This document shows, piece by piece, positions 1 to 5,205 of a stretch of DNA of 7,267 bases. The DNA lies in the IMG/VR virus record IMGVR_UViG_3300008222_000004; one strand, written 5' to 3'. How positions within the stretch are numbered: position 1 is the first letter of the stretch; each line of letters starts with the position of its first letter. The DNA is from a virus. A model generated the notes under the pieces. It saw only the letters and a list, made by a program, of their open reading frames with translations. It did no database searches and was not told the DNA's origin. The position numbers were made by a program, and so were the translations under genes.

Positions 1-11
1 AAGTTTTAAAG

Positions 12-37
12 CGCTATCGGATTGCTGTCTGATAGCG
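12..37. other. Intergenic stem-loop: 7-bp stem cgctatc/gatagcg with a 12-nt loop
   Basis: Arms at 12..18 and 31..37 are perfect complements, extendable by A:T and G:T pairs (8..11 with 38..41). A T6 run follows on the plus strand. On the minus strand it lies about 55 nt upstream of the rep ATG across the circle junction. It is duplicated at 7156..7181. Possible roles are a terminator, a rep-leader structure or an ssDNA origin/packaging hairpin. Confidence 0.5.
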
Positions 38-53
38 TTTTTTCGTTTTACTC

Positions 54-82
54 ATACTACTTAGTAATCAATCATTTCGCAA
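54..82 (-). promoter_or_regulatory. Candidate sigma70 promoter for rep (TTGCGA - 17 nt - TAGTAT)
   Basis: Read on the minus strand, the -35 TTGCGA is at 82..77, the spacer is 17 nt and the -10 TAGTAT is at 59..54. It points across the circle junction toward the rep start at 7102. Sequence match only, in AT-rich DNA. Confidence 0.3.
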
Positions 83-244
83 AATAAATCCATCCCAGTA
101 ACAGGCATTCCCTCATAATCTTAACAAAAAGCACAGCTTGGCAAGGAAGAAGTTCAACGGCTGCGCCTCGCAACAGATAAAAATTATCATATGTAACACG
201 TAATCACTAACTATTAACCATCGATCACTTGATATCAAATAGCA

Positions 245-460
245 TTACCTGGTTAACAATTCTGATATCAAAGTTTCCGCCATTTGCTTTCGTTCGTAGG
301 CATCAGTGATATCATTTAATTTTTTATCAGATTCAATTAAACGCTCAGCATTTTCAATCAACCAAATAATAGCCTTACTTTTAGTTGCGTGACCAGAGGA
401 AGCTAAAAAGGAATTTAATGTAGCGTCTTGCTTTTCATCAAGTCTAAGAGGAAAGGCCAT
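245..460 (-). CDS. Ribbon-helix-helix (CopG/Arc/MetJ-like) DNA-binding protein, 71 aa, second gene of the cargo cassette
   Basis: MAFPLRLDEKQDATLNSFLASSGHATKSKAIIWLIENAERL fits a beta-strand/helix/helix RHH pattern. The preferred start is ATG 460 because a strong SD (GGGAGAG) lies about 6 nt upstream. That ATG also sits 1 nt after the TGA stop (464..462) of the upstream gene, which indicates translational coupling. The longer ORF starting at 508 has a hydrophobic, SD-less extension. Confidence 0.6.
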   Translation of the reverse strand: MAFPLRLDEKQDATLNSFLASSGHATKSKAIIWLIENAERLIESDKKLNDITDAYERKQMAETLISELLTR

Positions 461-461
461 A

Positions 462-656
462 TCAAACTCTCCCATCAAAAGAATAATGAGTAATAGCATG
501 TGACTCAAAAAAACCTAAAGTCTCCAATACTCGAACATAAGTACAACTAGGTGAAATAAAATCAACTGTGTACCATTTATCAGAACCAACAATTTTAATT
601 TTAGTTACTTTAACTTTTATATCTTCTGGTAATTTAATTTCAGAATGCTTAAACAT
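462..656 (-). CDS. Hypothetical 64-aa protein, first gene of the cargo cassette, beta-rich, no TM segment or signal peptide, family not recognised
   Basis: The ORF is in frame with the 462..686 track entry. The preferred start is ATG 656 (MFKHSEIKL...), preceded by SD AAGGGG with a 7-nt spacer. The ATG at 686 would lie just downstream of the predicted extended -10 at 689..697, at about the predicted transcription start, leaving no room for a ribosome-binding site. Confidence 0.5.
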   Translation of the reverse strand: MFKHSEIKLPEDIKVKVTKIKIVGSDKWYTVDFISPSCTYVRVLETLGFFESHAITHYSFDGRV

Positions 657-688
657 TTGATAACCCCTTTTGATTTGTTTATGCATCT

Positions 689-717
689 ATTATAGCAAAA
701 TAAAGGATTAATGATAC
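689..717 (-). promoter_or_regulatory. Extended -10 promoter for the two-gene cassette (TGcTATAAT)
   Basis: The minus strand reads ...GTATCA-17nt-(TGC)TATAAT. TATAAT is at 694..689 and the TG is at 697..696. The -35 position is occupied by GGTATCA, a heptamer that recurs at 744..750 and 773..779 (plus strand TGATACC). Confidence 0.5.
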
Positions 718-788
718 CATTTTGTGTGTTTAATTTGTTATTTTGATACCTTTTAACGCCCTAAAAATATACTGATACCCGTTCAACA

Positions 789-833
789 AATCAAAATAGC
801 AATTTGACCAATCAAAATAGCAATTTGATTGGT
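789..833. repeat. 19-bp direct repeat (aatcaaaatagcaatttga, 789..807 and 810..828, period 21) overlapping a perfect 10-bp-stem palindrome (accaatcaaa / tttgattggt, 807..816 and 824..833)
   Basis: Read directly from the sequence. It lies in the intergenic region between the zot stop and the cassette promoter. Confidence 0.85.
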
Positions 834-877
834 CGTGATTGATATCATAAACGACTTACCGGTTCGCCATTTTGATA

Positions 878-2251
878 TCAAAAAGTAGAAGGTCTTGAGG
901 CCAATAAAGAGCTATCATCATCGCCAGAATCAGGGTCTTGATAATCATCTTTGTCATAACAAACAACAACACGAGAAACATCACTATAAGTCACACGGTA
1001 AACACACTCTGAAAGTGTTTCAAAATCATAACCCATTTTTATAAGCGCCGTATTATCAGTGCTAAACATAAAATTATCACCTTCATAAACATCTATAAAA
1101 ACAATATTAAAAGACGAACTTGAAACATAAGTTAACGTATTTGAAAGTCTAGAATAAGCTTTCTGAACCATATAACCAGTAGAATAAAACGTATAATCAG
1201 CTAAAGGCTCAGAATGAGAAACTTTAAAACCAACCGCACTACTATTATCATCATCAGCAACAAAACTACCCGCTTTGTGTACTTCCACAGAGTCTGTTTT
1301 AACGGCCTCAATTGTTTTCTGAGTTTCTGAAATAACGACAGCTTCATCATCAGCGAAGAAACCCGAGACATAATAAATCCAAAAAGCCAAAATGGATAAT
1401 AAAAGAACCAAAGCAAACTTAAAACCGTTTGACTCAATCGGACTAGCAGCCGCCCCACTTTTGTTGTTTTTACCCGTTTGAGTTGATTTATACAATTTAA
1501 ATACATCGAGTGGAATCTTCCTTCTTTTAATTATATCGCCCTTCTTTGCCGTTAAACCTTTCTCTTGAGCATTGTGCTCAAAAGTACGTGGTCTACGTTG
1601 AAAATAAGGCAAAGGGAAACTATCAAGAGATTTATGTTGAACGGCAGTTTCAGCAACTGACCGAATCAACGAATGGACTTTGGTTATATCTGGAGTACAG
1701 AGTAAAACGTCCCAGTTAAATTTGCGGTGACGCATCAACGCATCTTTAATATTGCGTGGATAACGAATATGACCATTCGAATCACGCTCAGAAAGTGCTA
1801 AATCATCGGTGTAACCATCATCAGCAATACATGTAAGGCACGACATAGAATAATCACGTAACTCAACAGGCAGAGAGTCAACAGCAGACATAACAGAATC
1901 AGTAGAAGCACTACTGTCTAAAGCAACGTCATGTATTTTTAATTCATTTCTGTCTTTATCTGAATAAACATTTTGAACTTCATCAATCAACAACAACGCG
2001 CCAACTGGTAACCAGTGAAACCAGTTAGCAATAATATTATGACCAACATCATTAAGCGTTGAAAAACGCCAAAGCTGAGCCGAATCAGGAAACTTTTCAC
2101 CCAAAACTTTTTCAATAGATTCTAAATCTAAAATACCCTCAACATTTGTAATAACACAGCGGCCTTTACGTAAGGCCGGAAGTAAATCGAACCAAACGGC
2201 AGACGAGGACTTATAAGAACCGGGGTTCCCGTGATAAATTTTTGAAGCCAT
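878..2251 (-). CDS. zot: Zot / pI-family phage assembly ATPase (zonular occludens toxin-like), 457 aa
   Basis: The N-terminus MASKIYHGNPGSYKSSSAVW...ITNVEG closely resembles the CTXphi Zot N-terminus as I recall it (HHGAPGSYKTSGALW...ITNVRG). A deviant Walker A GNPGSYKS is at 2207..2230 and a Walker B LLLIDE at aa 86-91. A single central TM (FKFALVLLLSILAFWIYYVSGFF, about aa 277-299) is followed by a roughly 155-aa C-terminal domain with an acidic tail. The ATG abuts the stop of the upstream gene. Confidence 0.9.
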   Translation of the reverse strand: MASKIYHGNPGSYKSSSAVWFDLLPALRKGRCVITNVEGILDLESIEKVLGEKFPDSAQLWRFSTLNDVGHNIIANWFHWLPVGALLLIDEVQNVYSDKDRNELKIHDVALDSSASTDSVMSAVDSLPVELRDYSMSCLTCIADDGYTDDLALSERDSNGHIRYPRNIKDALMRHRKFNWDVLLCTPDITKVHSLIRSVAETAVQHKSLDSFPLPYFQRRPRTFEHNAQEKGLTAKKGDIIKRRKIPLDVFKLYKSTQTGKNNKSGAAASPIESNGFKFALVLLLSILAFWIYYVSGFFADDEAVVISETQKTIEAVKTDSVEVHKAGSFVADDDNSSAVGFKVSHSEPLADYTFYSTGYMVQKAYSRLSNTLTYVSSSSFNIVFIDVYEGDNFMFSTDNTALIKMGYDFETLSECVYRVTYSDVSRVVVCYDKDDYQDPDSGDDDSSLLASRPSTF

Positions 2252-2659
2252 CTATAACACCGCCAACACAAATCGAGCAAGATAAGCTTCAACAATTAAA
2301 TTAAAAGCCTGAAAGATCTTTAATTCAACAGCAGCATTTCTAATGTCAGCAGGAAGATTACCAGCAAACTTTTCAACAAGCTGAATAAAGCCAACATCAG
2401 CAAGAATAAGCTTGGCAACACTAAAAGCAGACTCGACAGAATAAATCAAAATCGTCACTTTCATGAAAATAATAAACTCGACAAGATAAGCGAATAAACG
2501 ATCAATAAAATCAGGTATATCGACAGAAAAGAAATCGATAGCAATCGTAAAAAACGAATCTATTTGTGAAAAAATCGAGCCAAAAGTCCAATCATCACCA
2601 GCCGCAAACGCAGAAAATGACGAGAACATAAACATACATAAAATTAATTTTTTGAACAT
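2252..2659 (-). CDS. pVI/Ace-like hydrophobic minor coat protein candidate, 135 aa
   Basis: Very hydrophobic protein with several TM-like segments. It sits between the pIII-like gene and zot, as in Ff (gVI) and CTXphi (ace). It overlaps the upstream gene by 16 nt and abuts zot. No sequence motif was recognised. Confidence 0.55.
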   Translation of the reverse strand: MFKKLILCMFMFSSFSAFAAGDDWTFGSIFSQIDSFFTIAIDFFSVDIPDFIDRLFAYLVEFIIFMKVTILIYSVESAFSVAKLILADVGFIQLVEKFAGNLPADIRNAAVELKIFQAFNLIVEAYLARFVLAVL

Positions 2660-4149
2660 ACAATTACCACCGCACTCATAGATGCTATCATCATTATTAC
2701 AAGGCCAATCTGACCGTAATACTTAGACCAAGAATCCAACGGACTTGCAACAGTAGTTGTATGACCGCCTTTTGATATCGAAAATCCTAAATCACTGCCA
2801 CCGCCAGAAGAGGTAACATCTACTGTGAAAGATTCCTTTAAATCCTTATAACCGTTTTCTATTGTCGAAGTTAAAAGCGCTTTCTTATCTTCAACTTTTG
2901 TTTTAAATAAAGATAAATCAGAATCACTAAGGGAAATCCTTCCCGAAGGAAGATCAATACCACTAGTCTTGGTTAAGGAAATTTTATCGCTTAATTTATC
3001 AATACCTTCAACAACTTTATCAAGTCCATCTTTTGTCGTAGTATTTAATTTATCAAGTCCATCTTTTGTCGTAGTATTTAATTTATTAAGACCATCTTTA
3101 GTCGAATTATTTAATTTATTAAGACCATCTTTAGTCGAATTATTTAATTTATTAAGACCATCTTCAGTCGTACTTTTTAAATTACTAAAACCAGAAGAAT
3201 TCGTATTTTTTAAATCAACAAGACCATCTTTTGTCGTTGCTTCTAATTTATTAAAATTTGAATTTAATGATTCAAAGCCCAAAATATTCGTTGAATCTAA
3301 ACGCGATAATTTATTAATGATATCCGCATAATCTTGTGATTTATCACCATCGGTACCGCCATCGCCATCAGTACCGCCATCGCCATCAGTACCGCCATCG
3401 CCATCAGTACCGCCATCATTATCAATAAAGCATTTCGTCTTAACTTTATGTGTAGATTCACTGCAAGATATGATCTTAAATGTAAAATTTCTACCGCCAG
3501 CTCTCAAAGCACAATGAGCACGAGCAGAATTTACTTTTTGTCTAGCTTCAGGACCAGCACAATAAGCCCCCTCATCTGGTTTGGTATCACTGTCACCACA
3601 ATTAAACCAACAATCTTCACCAGTTTGACTACCATCAGAACCGCCATCAGTACCGCCATCAGAACCGCCATCAGTACCGCCATCAGTACCGCCATCAGTA
3701 CCGCCATCACCTTTATCAACACAATCAGTAGTTAAGGTTTTTTTTTGCTCATCACAATGGGGCGTAAAAACACTAGTAGAAGGACATTTATTTCGCTCTT
3801 TTTTTATTTCGTTTTTCACGTTATCACTACTACAAAAAAGCTCTTCTGGTTTTTCACAAACCCCCATATCATTAACTTCTTCACCAAAAGGGCAACTACT
3901 GGTATCTTCTGGTTTCACAGTAAATACAGTATTAAACCTATTTTGATACTTAACTGAATCCCCTTTAATAAAATACGATTCACCAGTTGCAGCCCTCATC
4001 TGATATACCCAAGTCTGCATATCAACAGTTGAGCCAACACCTATACCGCCAGAATCCCCGTAATTACCAACATATATAACCTCCCTCAATAAAGCAGAAG
4101 CAGAAAAGGAAAATAAGATTAACATTGAAAATAAAATATTTTTAAACAT
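2644..4149 (-). CDS. pIII-like adsorption / minor coat protein, 501 aa
   Basis: Signal peptide MFKNILFSMLILFSFSASA|LL. Two 6-Cys modules are each followed by a Gly/Asp linker: (GGTD)n at aa 147-173 and (DGGTDG)4 at aa 245-269. An 11-aa repeat array covers about aa 300-377. A C-terminal membrane anchor is IGLVIMMIASMSAVVIVCSKN. SD AGGA lies 5 nt before the ATG. The gene is downstream of the major coat gene, as in Ff gIII and CTXphi orfU. Confidence 0.8.
   Translation of the reverse strand: MFKNILFSMLILFSFSASALLREVIYVGNYGDSGGIGVGSTVDMQTWVYQMRAATGESYFIKGDSVKYQNRFNTVFTVKPEDTSSCPFGEEVNDMGVCEKPEELFCSSDNVKNEIKKERNKCPSTSVFTPHCDEQKKTLTTDCVDKGDGGTDGGTDGGTDGGSDGGTDGGSDGSQTGEDCWFNCGDSDTKPDEGAYCAGPEARQKVNSARAHCALRAGGRNFTFKIISCSESTHKVKTKCFIDNDGGTDGDGGTDGDGGTDGDGGTDGDKSQDYADIINKLSRLDSTNILGFESLNSNFNKLEATTKDGLVDLKNTNSSGFSNLKSTTEDGLNKLNNSTKDGLNKLNNSTKDGLNKLNTTTKDGLDKLNTTTKDGLDKVVEGIDKLSDKISLTKTSGIDLPSGRISLSDSDLSLFKTKVEDKKALLTSTIENGYKDLKESFTVDVTSSGGGSDLGFSISKGGHTTTVASPLDSWSKYYGQIGLVIMMIASMSAVVIVCSKN
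3021..3251. repeat. 33-bp tandem repeat array, about 7 units, inside the pIII-like CDS
   Basis: Units 3021..3053 and 3054..3086 are identical, as are 3087..3119 and 3120..3152. Units starting at 3153, 3186 and 3219 are diverged. They encode 11-aa repeats of the form (N/D)KLN(N/T)(S/T)TKDGL. Confidence 0.95.
3343..3417. repeat. 18-bp tandem repeat (atcgccatcagtaccgcc, about 4 units) encoding the (DGGTDG)4 linker
   Basis: Read directly from the sequence, within the pIII-like CDS. Confidence 0.95.
3631..3711. repeat. 12-bp tandem repeat (gccatcagtacc / gccatcagaacc, about 6 units) encoding the (GGTD/GGSD)n linker
   Basis: Read directly from the sequence. It shares the string ccatcagtaccgccatc with the 3343..3417 array, in the same reading frame. 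Confidence 0.95.
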
Positions 4150-4170
4150 GACAATCCTAGAATGAACACC

Positions 4171-4195
4171 AAAAAAAGCCCCGTATAAACGAGGC
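4171..4195 (-). terminator. Rho-independent terminator after the major coat gene
   Basis: The minus strand reads GCCTCG-tttata-CGGGGC followed by TTTTTTT (stem 4190..4195 / 4178..4183, T-run 4177..4171). It lies between the coat gene stop (4286) and the pIII-like start (4149), mirroring the terminator after gVIII in Ff phages. Confidence 0.75.
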
Positions 4196-4285
4196 GATTA
4201 ATTAACTAACAATGACACCAGATTTGAAACCCTCAACAAAAACATATGCAAATATTGAGGCTAACAATATCGATGTGGCCACCGA

Positions 4286-4495
4286 TTACTTCATCCATTT
4301 CAACAATGCACCAACACCGAAACCGATAACAGCCAGCGCAATAACAGCAGTAATTACGGCAGCTTGGTTAGTATTAGCTTCACCACCCGCAGCTGTAATC
4401 TGACTAGTATAATCGGCAGCGTTAGCAGCAACAGAAGCACCCGCAAGAGTTAAAGCAAGACCAGTTTTTTTAGCAAGAGTTTTCATTTTAGACAT
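4286..4495 (-). CDS. pVIII-like major coat protein precursor
   Basis: Signal peptide ending in AxA (SVAANA|ADY). The roughly 44-aa mature protein has an acidic N-terminus (D, E), a hydrophobic core AVITAVIALAVIGFGVGALL and a basic C-terminus KWMK. The preferred start is ATG 4495 (MSKMKT), which has a weak GGAA SD 6 nt upstream. The ATG at 4507 (MEIVMSK) has no SD but cannot be excluded. Confidence 0.85.
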   Translation of the reverse strand: MSKMKTLAKKTGLALTLAGASVAANAADYTSQITAAGGEANTNQAAVITAVIALAVIGFGVGALLKWMK

Positions 4496-4529
4496 AACAA
4501 TTTCCATATAAAAATAATAAAAATAGGGA

Positions 4530-4769
4530 TTATTTCCCTAACCAACGAACAACGCGACCAGCACCGTGAGCAACTACAAAAGAAGTCATACAAGTACCAA
4601 TAGCGATTGAAAATATCGCCATATCAAAAGCGAATATTTCATTTAAAACAGTAGTTAAATTGTTATTAACTAATGCCTCATAATCTGCTTTACCAACAAG
4701 CACTAAGGAATTAGACGAACATGTAACAGCTTTTACAAAATTCTCACTTGTTAGCTCTGCACAAATCAT
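4530..4769 (-). CDS. Small membrane protein, 79 aa, candidate minor coat protein in the pVII/pIX position
   Basis: C-terminal TM segment (AIFSIAIGTCMTSFVVAHGAG) followed by a basic tail RVVRWLGK, which is coat-protein-like. Its ATG 4769 directly abuts the TAA stop (4772..4770) of the upstream gene. It sits between the ssDNA-binding candidate and the major coat gene. Confidence 0.45.
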   Translation of the reverse strand: MICAELTSENFVKAVTCSSNSLVLVGKADYEALVNNNLTTVLNEIFAFDMAIFSIAIGTCMTSFVVAHGAGRVVRWLGK

Positions 4770-5072
4770 TTAAGCAACTTTTGCAGGATGGAAACCAACA
4801 ACTTTGATAACCATCTCACCCTTTTTTACAGTAGTTTCTAGATCAACAAGACAAGTACCAGGTACTTGACCGGATAAGGCTAAAGTTCTACAAAGCTGAT
4901 TGTCATTATCTGTAGAAACCTTAACCTTTGCGTGTTTTTGACCTACATCTATTCTTTCAGGTGTAATTTGTGAATTTTGTTCACTATCTAAAATGATTAC
5001 ACTTGCGTATAGATCACCACCATTATCTAATTTACCCGCTGAAATAGATAAAATCTGCATAGGTACTTTCAT
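4770..5072 (-). CDS. Candidate ssDNA-binding protein (pV/RstB analogue), 100 aa
   Basis: First gene of the structural operon, with size and beta-rich composition compatible with an OB fold. Good SD GAGG (5077..5080) lies 4 nt before the ATG. The assignment rests on position, not on a recognised motif. Confidence 0.45.
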   Translation of the reverse strand: MKVPMQILSISAGKLDNGGDLYASVIILDSEQNSQITPERIDVGQKHAKVKVSTDNDNQLCRTLALSGQVPGTCLVDLETTVKKGEMVIKVVGFHPAKVA

Positions 5073-5088
5073 ATAGCCTCACTAACCT

Positions 5089-5148
5089 GTAACGAATATG
5101 GAACGAATTTGGAACGTATTTGGAACGTATTTGGAACGCTTGGACGGG
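5089..5148. promoter_or_regulatory. Array of about five 11-bp iterons, GGAACG(A/T)AT(A/T)T, probable operator
   Basis: Units are gtaacgaatat (5089), ggaacgaattt (5100), ggaacgtattt (5111), ggaacgtattt (5122), ggaacgctt (5133) and ggacggg (5142). The period is about one helical turn. The array lies between the predicted -10 of the structural-operon promoter and its RBS, and upstream of the divergent RHH gene. Confidence 0.7.
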
Positions 5149-5177
5149 AATATAACAATGAAATTATTAAAACTCAA
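5149..5177 (-). promoter_or_regulatory. Candidate sigma70 promoter of the structural/assembly operon (TTGAGT - 17 nt - TATATT)
   Basis: Read on the minus strand, the -35 TTGAGT is at 5177..5172, the spacer is 17 nt and the -10 TATATT is at 5154..5149. Transcription would start at about 5142 and run straight into the iteron array. Confidence 0.4.
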
Positions 5178-5205
5178 GTATTCTTATTAAAAAGAGGTAT
5201 AAAAT

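Larger units (their letters stand above)
1..123. repeat. Terminal redundancy, copy 1, identical to 7145..7267 (circular contig overlap)
   Basis: Base-by-base comparison: aagttttaaagcgctatcgg...ccctcataatctta occurs at both window ends. Confidence 0.95.

Noticed and set aside
1-123. End repeats considered as biological LTRs, ITRs or att sites
   Set aside because: They are perfect, directly oriented and sit exactly at the window termini. The gene map closes seamlessly into a circle, so a circular-assembly overlap is the simplest explanation.
461-686. Longer versions of the two cassette ORFs (starts at 686 and 508), which would overlap by 47 nt
   Set aside because: Both downstream ATGs (656 and 460) have strong, correctly spaced SDs and give a stop/start coupling. 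The upstream ATGs lack SDs, and the one at 686 sits just downstream of the predicted -10 element (689..697), at about the predicted transcription start.
878-1350. Zot C-terminal domain considered as an enterotoxin
   Set aside because: Zot-family membership reflects the pI assembly ATPase role. I did not see the active-fragment motif known from V. cholerae Zot (FCIGRL), and nothing in the sequence supports toxin activity.
1201-1506. 101-aa ORF on the minus strand inside zot, in another frame
   Set aside because: It is fully embedded out of frame in a confidently identified Zot/pI gene. It has no SD, and its hydrophobic composition is typical of spurious alternate-frame ORFs in AT-rich DNA.
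1615-1642. dif-like XerCD site (ttatgttgaac matches the XerD arm TTATGTTAAAT at 9 of 11)
   Set aside because: The corresponding XerC arm matches about 4 of 11 and the site is inside the zot CDS. Other partial matches (around 531..540 and 181..210) are no better. This is not enough to call an attP.
3021-3711. Tandem repeats considered as a possible CRISPR array
   Set aside because: The units are contiguous with no unique spacers. They lie in frame inside a CDS and encode peptide repeats and linkers.
2969-3957. ORFs 2969..3331 (+), 3448..3735 (+), 3531..3722 (-) and 3745..3957 (+) overlapping the pIII-like gene
   Set aside because: They are antisense or out of frame within the tandem-repeat and linker regions. 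Their low-complexity translations (for example repeated LRPSLVELFN and AVLMAVLM) are the automatic by-product of in-frame DNA repeats. They have no RBS and no independent signal.
4196-4285. 15-aa hydrophobic mini-ORF (MFLLRVSNLVSLLVN) on the minus strand between the coat gene and its terminator, considered as a pVII/pIX-like peptide
   Set aside because: It has no SD, is very short and cannot be shown to be conserved from this sequence alone.
4212-4403. 63-aa plus-strand ORF opposite the major coat gene
   Set aside because: It is antisense to a textbook pVIII-like gene and spans that gene's terminator. It has no RBS.
4524-4540. Small hairpin taggga-ttatt-tcccta overlapping the stop of the 79-aa gene, just upstream of the coat gene
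   Set aside because: It has only a 6-bp AT-containing stem and no U tract. It could modulate coat translation, but it is too weak to call.
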